Of a stretch of 64,000 bases of DNA, positions 1 through 12,432 are shown one piece after another. Below the pieces are notes generated by a model, which ran no database searches, had not been told where the DNA came from, and worked only from the letters and a program-made list of their open reading frames with translations. The stretch's first letter is position 1; each line of letters starts with the position of its first letter. Made by a program: the position numbers and the translations under genes. This DNA is from Mantamonas sphyraenae STR306 (lineage: Eukaryota > Protista > CRuMs): positions 620,001 through 684,000 of the forward strand of contig JAPMXV010000042.1 of assembly GCA_026936335.1 (NCBI GenBank), given 5' to 3'.

Positions 1-1540
1 GGTCGGCGACAATCTTGAAGCCAAAGAGACCGGTGTCGTTGTACGAGGTGTTGAAGCTCATGAGGGAGTGAGCAAGGTCGCCCTCGGCCAGGGTGGCGCA
101 GATGTTGGAGGACACGTTCTTGCCTCCGCCCGAGTTGCGGTCCCAGCAGCCCACCAGGCTCTGCATGACCATGAGGGTGAAGAAATCCGGGTGGGTCCAA
201 CCCACGCCCTGCACAGCGACGGCTACGTGGGCCTGCGGGATGCTCGAGTCGTGCACCCGAATCTCGGAGCCCGTAAACTCTGTCGGGGCCTGGTCAGCCA
301 CTGCGTTGTCTCGCGACAGGCCGCCGAAGCTCTGGTTTGCCAGGTCGACGAGCTCGTCGTGGTCAACGGGGCCGCATGCAGCCAGCACCATGCGCGGGGC
401 CGTGTAGTACGTGTCGATGTACGTCTTGAGGTCGTCCTGGGTGATGGAGCGGATGTTGCTCTCGGGACCCAGAATGGTACGTCCCAGCGCCTGGCCCTGG
501 AAAGCGGTGGCGTGCAGCTGGTCCATCAGCACCTCGTCCACATGCGACTCGACGCTCTTGAGCTCGCGCAGGATCACACCACGCTCACGCTCGATTGCAG
601 ACTGCTCCAACTGCGAGTTCTGCAGGATGTCGGACAGAATGTCCACGGCCTGTGCCACGTCCTTCTTGAACACCTTTGCGTGGTACACTGTGCGGTTCCA
701 CAACAGGCAACAGGGTGCACACATGGGACCAGAGGGTGTGTGTCCACAAGGCGGCAGTGCATGTGTGTGCATGTGTGTGTGTGTGTGTGTGCCCAGGCAG
801 AGCTGGTGTCAGTTTTCCAGCCTTCAAAGCTTTTCCTCTTGGCGGCCGCCAAAACGCGCCGCGGCCCTCGCTTCCTCCGCGCGCATGCAGAGCACAGAAA
901 AAGGGAGACAGAAGAACACGGCATGTTGCGTGTTGCACACTGGCCAATCTGCTTGTGTCCTGCATGGGTGGCGAGGGCGTAACCAAAGCCCTAGCCCGCG
1001 TGCTGCGCGGTGCGGCAGGAAAAGCCAGCGAAAGCCCTCCCGGCGCTTCGACCAGCGCTCAATCGGGCGTGCGCTACAGCGGCTGACACTCACCCGTCTG
1101 CTCTCGGCTCGTGTATGCGTTCAGGTGACCGCCCATGTTTTCGATTTCAATCTCCAGACCAGACTGCGAGCGCTTATTCGTTCCCTGTGGCGTGGCGAGG
1201 CGCATGGTCCGAAAAGTGGTCAGTGGAATGCAGCTCCCAGCGGCGGAGAGCCCGTGCGCCGCAAGTGACTCACCTTGAACGCCATGTGCTCCAGAAAGTG
1301 AGCCGTGCCATTGTTCTTCTCGTTCTCGTAGCGCGAGCCTGTGTTGACCCACACGCCCACGGTGGCCGTCTCGCCATAGAACTCCTGCGACGCGACTCGC
1401 ATTCCGTTGTCGAGTGCGCTCACCTGCGTGGGAGGCACATTCAGAATGGACGCCGGGTAGCGCGTCTGCGCATGAGCCACGGCGCTGCTGGAGAACTGAC
1501 GGACACCCTGCTTGCCCTGTTGCACGGTACGGCTGAACAT
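1..1540 (-). CDS. PMPCB: Mitochondrial processing peptidase beta subunit (M16 family), 3' end runs off the window; 2 introns seen
   Basis: ATG at 1540 gives a mitochondrial presequence-like [19 protein letters not shown]. Inverted Zn motif [14 protein letters not shown], then [10 protein letters not shown] and [19 protein letters not shown] donors near 1273 and 1094. Confidence 0.93.
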
Positions 1541-1775
1541 CGTGTTTTGAAGATGGGGTGGTTCGCCCGGCGTTCTCTTTTCCCATTCCGCCAACCACCA
1601 CCACGACACAGTTCACCCTCTGCACCATCCCCTTCCCCCCACCCACGGGCTTCCTTGCCCATTCGTTCTTCTCGATGGTGCGAACGATCAGGGTTTGCCG
1701 ACCCCACCCGTGGCGTGTCTTTGCCTTCCGCCGAGGCACACACCGACTGCAGCAACGAATCCCCCCCCACTGCAC

Positions 1776-3039
1776 ATGTCAACCAGGCGCAAGAAGAAGG
1801 CCGAGTTCAATCTGTCGACCGCCTGTGAGGACGGAGGTATCCCCAAGTACGACAGTCTGCAGGACCCGTATCTTGCCAGGCACTTTGGCTCAAAGGGGGT
1901 CCAGCAGAATCTGTACTCCAACGGTTTCGTACGTCGCCCGCATGCCATCCACCTGCGTCCCCCGCCCCATTGACCACCTCCACACTGCACTCGATGCCCC
2001 GTTACACCCTCTTTGGCTCTCAATTTTGTCTTCCACCTTCCCCGTGTGCGACGCACGGGCCTCGTTTTCGCCCGGCCTGCTGCTGACTCCGGAAACCACC
2101 GCACTCCCCGCATCCCTCCCCCCCACCGCGCAGATCGATCGCAATGGCTACATCCTCGACGTGGACCACAACGCCTCACAGCTCTTTATCATCGAACAGG
2201 AGTTCAAGAACGCAGAACGAGAGGAGCGCGAGCGCATCGAGGAGGAAAAGTACAGAAGGGTGAGTCGCTCAACGGTCGCCCTGATTTGCCTTTTCAGCCC
2301 TTCTGCACACGCCACAGCGATGCCCTTGTGCAACGACATACCACTCACACTGTCGAACACACACCACGGGTGCGTTGTGAACGCCTGTCTTGCACCCACC
2401 TGGCTTCATATCGGATGTGCAACGCAGCGTGTGATGGCTCTGAAGCGAAAGCAAGCGCTGAAGGAGGCTGAACGCCAGGCAATGTTCAACAAGATGAAGG
2501 AGGAGCGAGCCAAGCGCCAGCAACACATTCGCAATTACTATGCACAGAAAATCTCGGCCACGGCGTCGGCCAAAACCAAGCGCGCGTACGCCAAGACTGG
2601 CAGCGCCCCAACCAGCAGGCGCAACAGCAGCTACGCACCTGCACGCCATCCTCACCACACCTCCACCACCGTCGTGTCGTCCAATAACAGTTCGAGCAGC
2701 AGCAGCAGCAGCAGCAAAGGCAGGGGCCGAGCTGTTGCTTCTTCCAGCAGCAGCTCCGTCGACGGCTCAAAGACCAAGCGCAAGAAGCGCGTCAAGAGGC
2801 GCAAGAAGCGCTCCAAGAAGGGTACACGTGTGTCGCCCACAGACGAAGAACATGGAAAAGCCAGTGTGAACACGCTGGATCACCAGCCCATGGACGAGGA
2901 CGACCTCAAGCAACACCTCTCTGCCAAGCCCACCACACCACAGGCCGGCAATGATAGCACGACGACCATGAAGACGACGACGACGACGACCTCGCCGATG
3001 AGTATGACTGATGAACAGGAAAGCAATGCATTTGCATGA
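1776..3039 (+). CDS. ERICH3 N-terminal-domain-like, probably ciliary protein; 2 introns
   Basis: Spliced product [27 protein letters not shown]|IDRNGYIL resembles the ERICH3 N-terminus as I recall it (YNSLxDxHLxxYF...GLITRSGRIL). Followed by coiled coil and a low-complexity tail. Confidence 0.6.
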
Positions 3040-3070
3040 CCAACGCCCACGCCCACGCTCTTCCCGTGTT

Positions 3071-3601
3071 TTACACGTGCTCCAGCAGGTTCGTCTCGAT
3101 CTGGCGAGTCTCCGGGTTGAAGGTGGTGCGGAACTGCTCGGGCACAGGGTGCTCCACCCAGTCGTCGGTGGTGGCAACACCCGGCACCATCACGTTCATC
3201 TCGTCAGACTTGGAGGTGATCACCTCGCACTCCAGCGAGTTCTCGCTCAGAATGACCTGGAAGCCAGAGGTCTTGTCGATGGACATCGACGGGCAGGCGC
3301 CAGTGATCTGCATCTTGCACGACGAGCAGTTGACGGCGTCGCATCCGGACAGCACGTCCTCCACCACCACGCCGCTCTTCTTGCAGCCATCCATGGTCAC
3401 GTGGTTGAGCTTGCCCTTGATCTGCACCACCGTGTTTGTGCACTTGTACATGTACACAACCTGCTTGGTGTTCACAGGCTCGTCCTCACCAATCACCAGG
3501 TTGGCCCCTTCCTGGAACTCCACAACCCACTTGGTGCCCTGGCGCTCAAACACAGGCTCCTGCTTCTTCTGCGACGCTCCCCACTTGGGCTTGCTGGACA
3601 C

Positions 3602-3632
<31 letters not shown>

Positions 3633-4994
3633 GCCTTGACGACGGACACACGCTCCTCCTTGGGGCGGTTCTTTGTCTTCATGTCGTCCGTCACCTTGCG
3701 CAGGCCCTTGGTGATGTTGGAGCCCTGGTTGATCTCGCTAAACAGACCAGCCGTGTCGGGCTTGGACGGACCCTTGCTCTGAGAGCTGGTCTGCACGTCC
3801 AGCGAGATCTTGGGAGCAGGCGGAGGCGGCGGAGCGCCGGACGAGGAGTTGGACGACGCCTTCTTCGGTGCAGCACCGCCGTACACGGCCGTGCCCTCCT
3901 TGAAGTCGCCACCCTTGGCGTTCCATGTCACACCCGTGGTGTGGAAGTTCTTGATGTAGTCCTTGAGCTGCTTGAGGCACTCCTCAAAAGCAACCACCCA
4001 CGCCACGTGCGCCTCGCCGCCGTCGGTGTTCTTGTACTGCATGCGCACCTTGTTCGACCAGAACTGGCCGGCCTCAAACATGTCCTGCACAAACGGTCCC
4101 GGTGTAGGCTCCACACCCACCCAGCCAAACGAGGGCGCGGCCTCGCTCAGCGTCGACGCGTGGTTGTAGCAGTCGCCCTTGCGGCTGTACGAGTCCCGGC
4201 AGCCCTGGATGGTCATGATCGTGTCGCCGATCGGGGCCAGCAGGCTCGACGCAAGCACGTTGCTCGACGGCTTCTTGTTGTTCGAAGCCACCACCAGGAA
4301 CTCGCGCACCATGTTGCACGCGTTCTGCCACGCGTCAACCTGGTTCGACAGGTCGGCGTCGTTCAGGGATGCGGTAGCGCTGACCAAGTCTGCCACAGGG
4401 CCTGTGATTGCAACGCAACCCGTGTGGTTCGTCTGTGTCAGCTCCTTGTTTTGTGCGGTCCGTTTTTGTCACAGTGTCACAACGAATCTTGTGCACCCTC
4501 TCCACCTCTCTCTTTGTTGTGTGGCCTTGCCCCACGCCCCACAGCCCCTCCGGCTCCACACACACCACACCCTAGCCTAGCCCAGGCGCCCTTTGATGCG
4601 GCCATGTGCATGCGCGCACCGTGGTTGCAACGCGCCCTTGTGCGGCGGCTCCAGGAGGGGATGCGAACGGAAAAAAAGGGCCGTTTGCTCCGCACTTTGT
4701 CACTTACCGGCCAGGTACTTGTCATACTCAGACACAGACTTGCTCACGTCTCCGCCACCACCAGAAGACGAGCTGCCACCGGCAGAGATGCCGCCCTCGA
4801 GCTGCGTGTCGTGTGTCCACGCGTCAGTTTCCCAACAAGAGAGAGGGTCTTTGTGTCAACTACGACCCATTTCCGCTCCCTTCTTCCTCCCCCGTCCGCC
4901 TTTGAATCCCCGCTGTCAGCCCCCAGGCCTTCATCCAACTTACAGCCTCGAGGCGGTCCACAAGCTTGGTAAGTCGGTCAAGTTGAGCGTCCAT
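3071..4994 (-). CDS. CAP: Adenylyl cyclase-associated protein (CAP/Srv2); 2 introns
   Basis: Exon 1 MDAQLDRLTKLVDRLEA (RLE motif), then SVSEYDKYLAGPV, poly-Pro, WH2-like LFSEINQGSNITKGLRKV, and CARP domain ending PVPEQF. Confidence 0.95.
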
Positions 4995-5200
4995 TGTCGC
5001 GTGAAAAGTGTGTTTTTTGTTTGGGTGGCGTCGCCAGAGCAGTCCAGCGGCAACGAATCACAAGCATTGCACCTTGTGTGTCGCACACAGCATCCCACAT
5101 CCCTCTCATCCATCACCCGCCCCACCATCTGTTCTGATCGCAGCAGCGCAAACGCAGCGACAGGTCAGAACGCAGCTGCCCGACTCAGCAGGCAGCAGAT

Positions 5201-5961
5201 TCACTCCACATCCATCCCAAACTTCGCCTTGGCCTTGTTCAACGCCTGTTCGCGCGCCTCCAGACTTTGTTTCTTCTGCACCTTTTGCGTGGAGAAGTAG
5301 AGCACCACCAGGTAGCGGTTGAGCACGTTGAACCCGTTCAGGTGCTCCAGCGCGTTCTTGGCGTCGTAGATGTCCTCGTACACCACATACGCAGTACCCT
5401 TTGTGTCGCGTGTGTTGCCACTGTGCGTGTGACCCAATCCGTGTGTCCGTGTCAGTCTCTGTTCCCGCCTTCGAGACACCTCTCCGCCTGGCCGCTCGCC
5501 CGTTCTTCCCCTCCATACAACCTACAGCCGAATCTGTCGGATCGCTCCATACTTGCCGAAAATATCATACATATCCTCCGCCGTAATCTTGTACGGCAGG
5601 TTCCTGTGAGCATCGCCAAAGTACCATGCGTTAGCTCGCTGCCAGAGCCCTGCGCGCCTTCCGTCGCCTGCACCTTCCACCCTCGCCTGCGATTGACTCT
5701 ACATCTCTCTCTGCCCACTCCACGCGCCAAACTGCCTCTCACCCCGTATACGTACTTTACAAACAGAAACCGGTTCACCTCTGCCGGAAGCCGTGTCTAG
5801 ACGCGCCCGTTGGTGTTAGCCCATGCGAACACGGTGCTTGCTGCTCTCTACGTGTCGCTGCCTCTCTCTCACACTCTCTTTCTCGTACGTACCAACGGTA
5901 GCACTTGCTGCGTATCTTCTCCTCCCCCGCTGCTGCTGCTGCTGCTGCTGCTGCTGTCCAT
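5201..5961 (-). CDS. SF3B6: Splicing factor SF3b subunit 6 (p14); 3 introns
   Basis: Spliced [20 protein letters not shown]...[56 protein letters not shown]. Confidence 0.95.
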
Positions 5962-6073
5962 GCTGGCCTGGGCAAGAAGAGAGTCCTTTTGCCTCGGCCA
6001 TCGCATCCAAATGGTCAGTTCTCCATCAGCTTCATTGCTCCACATGTTGTTTTTCACCATTGTCCTCCCTCCG

Positions 6074-6709
6074 TCACTCCTGCTTGCCATCCTTGTCTGT
6101 GTCTGGCCTCCCGTCACCCTGTTTGCCCGACGCCGCGATGCACGCCACTCCCACAAGCATCAATGTTGCTCCTGTCCACCACTGAACACTCAGTTTCTCT
6201 CCAAACAAAGCCCACCCGGCCACCGCTGTAAAAACAAAGTTCAGTGCCGTGTTCATCACCGTTGCGTCTGTTGAGTTGCTCTTGTTCATCGATTTGACAA
6301 ACAGGTTCATCATCACCAGATTGCTCACAAAGATGCCTGCAAAACACACCACACGCACCACATAAAAGGCATAAACAAACTGCTGAAAGCTTTCAGCCAC
6401 TGTTGCGTGGCCCGCCTCCACAAACGCTGCGTCCAGCTCCGGTTCGCTGCACAGTGCAACCGCCTCTCCTCCGCCCATTCCTCCCACGTGCTGCATCCAC
6501 GTAGAGCACAGCATCCGAAACAGAAAGTTGTGCGACGAATCCATGGCCAGCTTTGCAAATACGGAAGCCAGCGCTGCAGCCAGCCCGCTCCAAAACGCAA
6601 ACTGAAACTTGTGCCACCACGAAAGCTGCTCGGCTCCGCCTTTGCCATTGGCTCCCTGTCCCTCCCTCTTTCCCCCTCCCTTGTTTGCCTCTGCCTCTTT
6701 GCTCGCCAT
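6074..6709 (-). CDS. TMEM42: TMEM42-like small DMT/EamA membrane protein
   Basis: SGLAAALASVFAKLA ... FVKSM ... ATVMNTALNFVFTAVAGWALFGEKLSVQWWTGATLMLVG. Confidence 0.8.
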   Translation of the reverse strand: MASKEAEANKGGGKREGQGANGKGGAEQLSWWHKFQFAFWSGLAAALASVFAKLAMDSSHNFLFRMLCSTWMQHVGGMGGGEAVALCSEPELDAAFVEAGHATVAESFQQFVYAFYVVRVVCFAGIFVSNLVMMNLFVKSMNKSNSTDATVMNTALNFVFTAVAGWALFGEKLSVQWWTGATLMLVGVACIAASGKQGDGRPDTDKDGKQE

Positions 6710-6771
6710 GTGGACCTTGCCGTGGATGCTGCTTCCGCCGGCGCAGCAAACGCACGCTGTGTCCCAGTCCC

Positions 6772-8087
6772 ATGCTGCGTCAACTCCACCTCGATCTCGA
6801 CGTCCTCCCCGATGTGGTGCCGTCCCACATGCGCCGCACAGATTACAATACGTCTTGGTCATCTGCCACCCCCAAGCAGCTTGTCAAATCGTCCCTGCTT
6901 CACCACAGCCTGGACAACAGTGCCTCCTTCGCTTCCACCACCTCCGTCTCCTCTTCCTCCTCCTCCTCCTCCTCCTCCTCCCCTTCCTCCTCTCCATCAT
7001 TGTACTGCCATCCGTGCCGGAAACCTTTCAAGTCCACCAACGCTCTCCAGCAGCACCTCCAGAGCAAGAGCCACAAGGCCAAGATTGCTGCACGCACGCC
7101 GTCTCCTCGTTCGGCCCAGCAGGCCTCTCCACGCGACTCTGCTCACAACAACTCGTCCAACAGCAGCAATGAGGACACCCAAAAGGCCCGCCAGCACCTT
7201 TCTGCCTCTCGCAAGGTACTCAAGGACGGCAAGCCCCGCAAGTCCGCACTTCATCTCTGGAAGGCCGCACGCCTGTTCACCGATCAACATGCGCTTCGTG
7301 CTGCCGTCTCTGCCTACGACACCTGCTATGCCATCTGTCAGCAGTACCACGACGATGTCGTCACGTGGGATCCTGCCAACTTGGCAGACGCAGCCTCGGA
7401 TTCGGACGAAAGCTGGTTTTCGCTACCACAGCGCATCTCCTTACGCCTTGGCCGCCTCCTACGTCTCGTCGACCCGCACTTTGCCATTCCTTGCTACCTT
7501 AACTTTATTGACCTGTTTGCCCAGCAGCCGACACCCCAACCTGACCTCCGCCTCTGCCGCCTCTCTGTGGATGCTCTCGACGACGCAGCGCTTGTCATCG
7601 TCGATTTTGAGCACTACAGTGAACTAGGAGACCTCCAGCGGGCCTCTCTTGCTCGTGTTCTCTTTGAAACGGCTTCGCTCTGCACACTCTCCGATCACGA
7701 CGAGCACCATGCACTTGCAGCCGTCCTCTACTGGACCTCATTCACCACACATGAGCGGGTGGAGCCCATTGAACAGCTGGTAGCCCTGTACAAGCAGTAC
7801 GGCCTGCCCTGGCTCGCGTTTGATATCCATCTACACCTCCTGCGCAACCACCAGTCCCTCGCAGATTCGATCGTGCCCACCATCGACTCTATGCTCACCC
7901 AATGTGTGCGATGGGACGACCGCACACGCGCGCAAAGAGATTGCTTCCTTGGATCGAGGGCATGCCCGCTGCCGCCCTCCTCTACCGCAGCTGGCTCACC
8001 GCTCTGGATGGCCCCATCCTCGCCCTGGTCGACGCACCAGCGTACAGCGTTCTGGATACCATTGTCAAGGATATGGACGACCACTGA
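6772..8087 (+). CDS. C2H2 (jaz/U1-type) zinc-finger protein with helical-repeat region; apparent frameshift near 7935
   Basis: LYCHPCRKPFKSTNALQQHLQSKSH. A protein-like C-terminus (RLLPWIEGMP...DMDDH*) lies in the -1 frame and stops 6 nt from the convergent TRMO stop. Confidence 0.65.
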
Positions 8088-8093
8088 ACGCCT

Positions 8094-9365
8094 TCATTCT
8101 TTGTTGTGTGCCGTTGCTTTGCCTGCTTCCTTCGCAGCCTTTTGTTCCGCCTTGCGCTTCTTCTCAGCCTCCTGGAACGCTTCCCAGTCTTCCACCAGGT
8201 ACACGACAGCGTGCCACTCGCCTTGGTCATCCTGATGCACGCGGAAACGCACGTTGAGGTTGTCAAAGGCAAAGCCATGGGAGCCTTTGCCTCCCTGCTT
8301 CTCCTTTTGCACGCGTCGCATGTAGGCGCTGCGGATGTCCAGCACCAGCAGCTCGCTGATGGCAGCCTTTACTTGTTCCGCTTCGTCGCGTCCGTAGAAC
8401 TGCAGATGACCAGCTTGCGTAAAGTCAAGCAGTTGCGCCTCGGCCTCCTCGCTAAAGGTGACACTGGCCAGCCGTTCCTGCTTGGTGCTCACCAACCAAT
8501 CGTCCACAGTCGCATCTTGCAGCGCGTCGTACTCTGGGATGTAGGGTTTGATGTCCAGGATCTCCGTGCCGTCCACCAGGTCGATGCCACTCACGTGCAA
8601 CACCTCACCCTCCACCTTTTCCACCTTGGCGACTGTCAATCCAATGGCGTTCGGTCGATGTGGAGACCGTGTGCTGTACAGTCCCACACGCTCGCCCAGC
8701 AGCCGCGGCGGTGCCACCTTTGCCTTCACCAGGCTGCTGCCCGATTTGCTTGCCCTGCTGCCCACCGTGTTCTGGTCAAACACAAACAGGATCCACACGT
8801 GCGAAAACTCGTCCACGTGGTCCAAAGCCTCCTCTGGGTTGAATGCTGTCATCAATCGGATCTGTCCACGTCCACTCGGCACAAGGCAGCCTTGCCGCGG
8901 CGTCCCGTTCTTCTGCCGGAACGGACACTCCATGCGTCCGATGCTGAGGAATTCAAAGGCACTGGTGCGTTTGCGCATCTCCACACGACCCACCTCGTTG
9001 CTCGACGACGATGTGGTCGCCGGCGTGGCGTCCAGCGACCCACCCGACTTGCTTCCCCCTCCGTATGCCACATGCTTTGCCACTTCCAGCTGTCGACGCA
9101 GCACACGGTTTGTCTCTCTCAGTGTGTGGATCTCCTGGCTATTGCTCACCAGCTTTTGCTGCATGCGTTCCTCTGTGCTGGTTTTGCCCTCGCCCATCTG
9201 CGCCTTGCTGGCACTTTCTCGCTTTTCGCCACTTCCCAGCATGTACGACACACCCAGGGTCACTGCAGTGGCTGCCGCGGCTCCTACGCCCAACCACATC
9301 CACTTTTCGTCTTTGCTCGCGACCGACGGCCACCACCCACTCGCTTCCGTGTCTGGTTGGCTCAT
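8094..9365 (-). CDS. TRMO: tRNA m6t6A37 methyltransferase (TrmO/TsaA) with N-terminal hydrophobic segment and coiled coil
   Basis: KNGTPRQG, FSHVWILFVF, KAKVAPPRL, GLYSTRSPHRPNAIGLT, GIDLVDGTEILDIKPYIP. Confidence 0.92.
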   Translation of the reverse strand: MSQPDTEASGWWPSVASKDEKWMWLGVGAAAATAVTLGVSYMLGSGEKRESASKAQMGEGKTSTEERMQQKLVSNSQEIHTLRETNRVLRRQLEVAKHVAYGGGSKSGGSLDATPATTSSSSNEVGRVEMRKRTSAFEFLSIGRMECPFRQKNGTPRQGCLVPSGRGQIRLMTAFNPEEALDHVDEFSHVWILFVFDQNTVGSRASKSGSSLVKAKVAPPRLLGERVGLYSTRSPHRPNAIGLTVAKVEKVEGEVLHVSGIDLVDGTEILDIKPYIPEYDALQDATVDDWLVSTKQERLASVTFSEEAEAQLLDFTQAGHLQFYGRDEAEQVKAAISELLVLDIRSAYMRRVQKEKQGGKGSHGFAFDNLNVRFRVHQDDQGEWHAVVYLVEDWEAFQEAEKKRKAEQKAAKEAGKATAHNKE

Positions 9366-9562
9366 ACAGTGGTTGGCTTGCGCAGCGCGCGACGTGCGCT
9401 TCCCATCTCTGCAACACTGGCCAATGCCACAGCCCACCGCAAACGCACCTCTTCTATCCTTTGAATGCATCACGTGTGCTCTGCAACGGCCACATGGCAA
9501 GCAATCAGCACAAGCCGAAGTCGCTGTATTGTTGTTGTCGCTCTCCCACCACCTCTGGCCGC

Positions 9563-10210
9563 TCAATTGTCGTCCCAACGATCTTGGCGCATGTTCACTC
9601 CGTGTTTGGCGTACAGTGCCTTGAGACGCTTGGCCTCCGCCTGCTTGGCCTCGATGGCTTCCTTTTGCATCCTCAGAATCTCTCCCTCGTCCACTTCCTT
9701 CAAGTGCGAGTTGGCTGAAATCTCTTGCATGTCGTCCTGTGTGGCACAACCCATGCCACAGTGTCGTGTGTGTGCGTCACACGTGCCGTGTTTCGTGTCA
9801 GCTGCGGTTGCGCGAATCCTGCTTCCATGCGCCCTTGCCCTCGCGCCACCTACCACTTCGCCAAGCAACACCACGTTCTCACCACGAATCAGAAATACGC
9901 CGCACTGGATGTCTCCGTAGCACTCGTCCACATAAATGCGCTCGATGGTGTTCTCCAACACAATGTTGGCTGAAAACGCACGTGTGAGCCGCCCCAGTCC
10001 TCTCGTGCCGCGTTTGCTCCGTTTCCCCCTCCGCCGCCTCTTGCACACTCACCAAATTGATCAAACGACCGCAGCACGCCCACCAACTTGCGTCCATCGC
10101 GCAGCACCACCAACAGCTTCTTGTCTAGCTGCTCCATCAGGCTCGCCGTTCCAGGAAGGAACCCGTCTTCCTCTTCGTCTTTCTCCTTCTTCCTCCTGTT
10201 GTTGTGTTGC

Positions 10211-10243
<33 letters not shown>

Positions 10244-10308
10244 CCGCCGCCATTGCCTCCATTCCTCCTCCGCCGTCCCGAATTGCCTCCGCCCTGCCTG
10301 CCGCTCAT
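9563..10308 (-). CDS. LSM1: Sm-like protein LSm1; 2 introns
   Basis: [35 protein letters not shown]|[14 protein letters not shown]...[15 protein letters not shown]. Confidence 0.95.
10198..10240. repeat. (GTT)n microsatellite encoding poly-Asn in LSM1
   Basis: Direct inspection. Confidence 0.9.
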
Positions 10309-10520
10309 TCTCGCGCGTCCTCGGTTTCGGGTTTCGGTTGGGTGGGCCGTCGTTCGCCCCGGTGCCGTATCGTGTCTCTCCGACACGTCGAGAACATTGC
10401 ATCCAACTCCTTTGCCTCCCCATGCGTGCACAGCCACACAGCTTCCCTCTGCATCCAAATCATGTTGTGCGAGTGTGCAGGTGGTGCGCTCTCTCTCCCC
10501 CACCCAACAATCCCTTCCAC

Positions 10521-12407
10521 ATGAGCACCACCGAACTGAGTGCCTCGCAGGCTCTGGAAAGTGCTGTGTTGTCGGGCACCCTGTCCAAGTTGGGTGCCAA
10601 ATTCAAGAGCTGGAAGAAGCGTTTGTTTGTCCTTACCAACGACGGCAAGGTGTACTACTTCAAAGACGAGAAGGTAGACATCGGAGAACACAATCACATC
10701 AGCGCGTCCTTTGTTTCCCTCTTTCTGCACTTTCCTGCATCCTCTTTCGCTTGCTGCCGATTGCTCACACTTCCAACCGTTGTCCTTGCAGGCGGCTGCT
10801 CCCACCGGCGTCATCGAGCTCGAGCCAAGCTCTGTCGTTGGCGAGGGCGATGCCAAGCCCTATGCACTCAACCTTTCCGTCAGTGGACGCACGTATGTGC
10901 TGGTGGCCAACGACAACGAGCATCGTGACACGTGGATCGCCTCCATCAACTCCGCCTTGGTTGGCATTCGTGAGGCGTCTTCCGCCAGCAACGAGACTTC
11001 GGCCGCCGACTCGGACGATGAGGACTCTGGCCTCGGAAATCGCGCCGGTTCTGTACGTTGAATGCCCATCGTCATTCCTGCAATATGCCCACCCTGCTTC
11101 CAGGCCTCCCACCCTCCTGCAGGGCCCGTTTCCCCAGGCCGACAAAAACTGCAGGGACCTCTTGCCAACCGAACCTCTTTTTTGCGTGCACGCCTGCAGT
11201 GCATGCACATGCATTGTCCACCTCTTTGCCCTCACTGCACCATAAACACCCTGCATGCACAGGCGTGTGTGTTTTTGCAAAGGCTAACACTGCCCCGCGT
11301 GTGCGGTATTGGGCACGTCTGCTCCAGCTGCTAAAAAACCTGCCGGCGAGCGACATCAAAGACCCCGACCTGACGGGCGTGCTCAAGAAGATGGGCGAAG
11401 GAAACAAGGCTTGGAAAAAGCGCTACTTTGTGCTTAAGCGTCACACCCTGCTTTACTTCAAGTCTGCGAGCGACAAGGCGTGTGCAGGGTACATCCCGTT
11501 GGGGTCAAAGTGTGAGATTGGTATGGACCAGGAGACCCTGCAATTCCACATCTTTGTGCCCGACCGCGACCGCAAGTACATGCTGCAGGCAGAGTCCAAC
11601 GAATCGATGATGGAGTGGGTCAATGCCATCGGCCTGGCCGTCGCGTCGGCCAAGAAGCTGGAGGAGGCCAAGCGGGCGAGCGGCTTCACAGCCACCGGTC
11701 CCGTCGATCGCGAACTGCTGGAGAAGAGTGGCGTGTTGCGTGTGTGGTTCGGAGACTCCTTCAAGGCATTCAAGTGTGGCAAGGAGACTACTGTGGCTCA
11801 GTTGAGTGAGCAGATCGCAAAGAAGATGAGCATGAGCAAATTTGCAAACCACTTTTCCCTGAAAGAGGTGATTGGCAAACAGGAAAACCAGCTGGACGAC
11901 GACCAGGTGCCCTACGACATCATGGCTTCCTGGCAGAAGGGCAGCGGCAACAAGTTTCTCTTTTCGCTGCGCACCGACGCAGAAGACGCAGAAAGCGGCG
12001 CCGGCGAAGGCAGTGCCAACCAGTCTTCGGCCGCCGAGGCTGCCCTGGAGGCCATCGATGCCTCTGTGTTTTTCCAGATCGAGGAGCTGCTGGAGGAACC
12101 GCTGGACGAAGTGGACGAAGAGGCACAGGGAGGTGAGGAGGGAGCCGATGTCGCTGGCGATCTCACCACCACAGAGGGAAGTAGCAGCGGTAGTGGCAGC
12201 AGCAGCGACAACATCGAAGAAGACACTGGGAAGAACGCAGGGGTGGACGATCTGGGTGCTGATTTCAGCGAGCTGGACAACTTGCTGCTGGATATGAACG
12301 TTGGCGACACAGCTGACGGCGAGCAGGAGATGTCCATGGCAGACAAGCGCAAGACGGTGCCTGAGGAGCTGGACGACATCCTGAGCATGTTGGAGACCGC
12401 AGAGTGA
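10521..12407 (+). CDS. Tandem PH-PH plus Ras-association-like domain protein with acidic tail; 2 introns
   Basis: SGTLSKLGAKFKSWKKRLFVL and GVLKKMGEGNKAWKKRYFVL (PH domains). GVLRVWFGDSFKAFKC...TTVAQL...FSLKEV...LDDDQVP is RA/ubiquitin-like. Confidence 0.8.
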
Positions 12408-12432
12408 GGCAAATCAACTGGGTTTCGTGTTG

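Noticed and set aside
3011-4972. 653-aa plus-strand ORF, and similar long ORFs at 8106-9464 (+), 23310-25538 (-) and 45129-47183 (+)
   Set aside because: Antisense shadows of real genes (CAP, TRMO, IWS1, AlaRS). Stops are rare in this GC-rich, TA-poor sequence, and no protein motifs are present.
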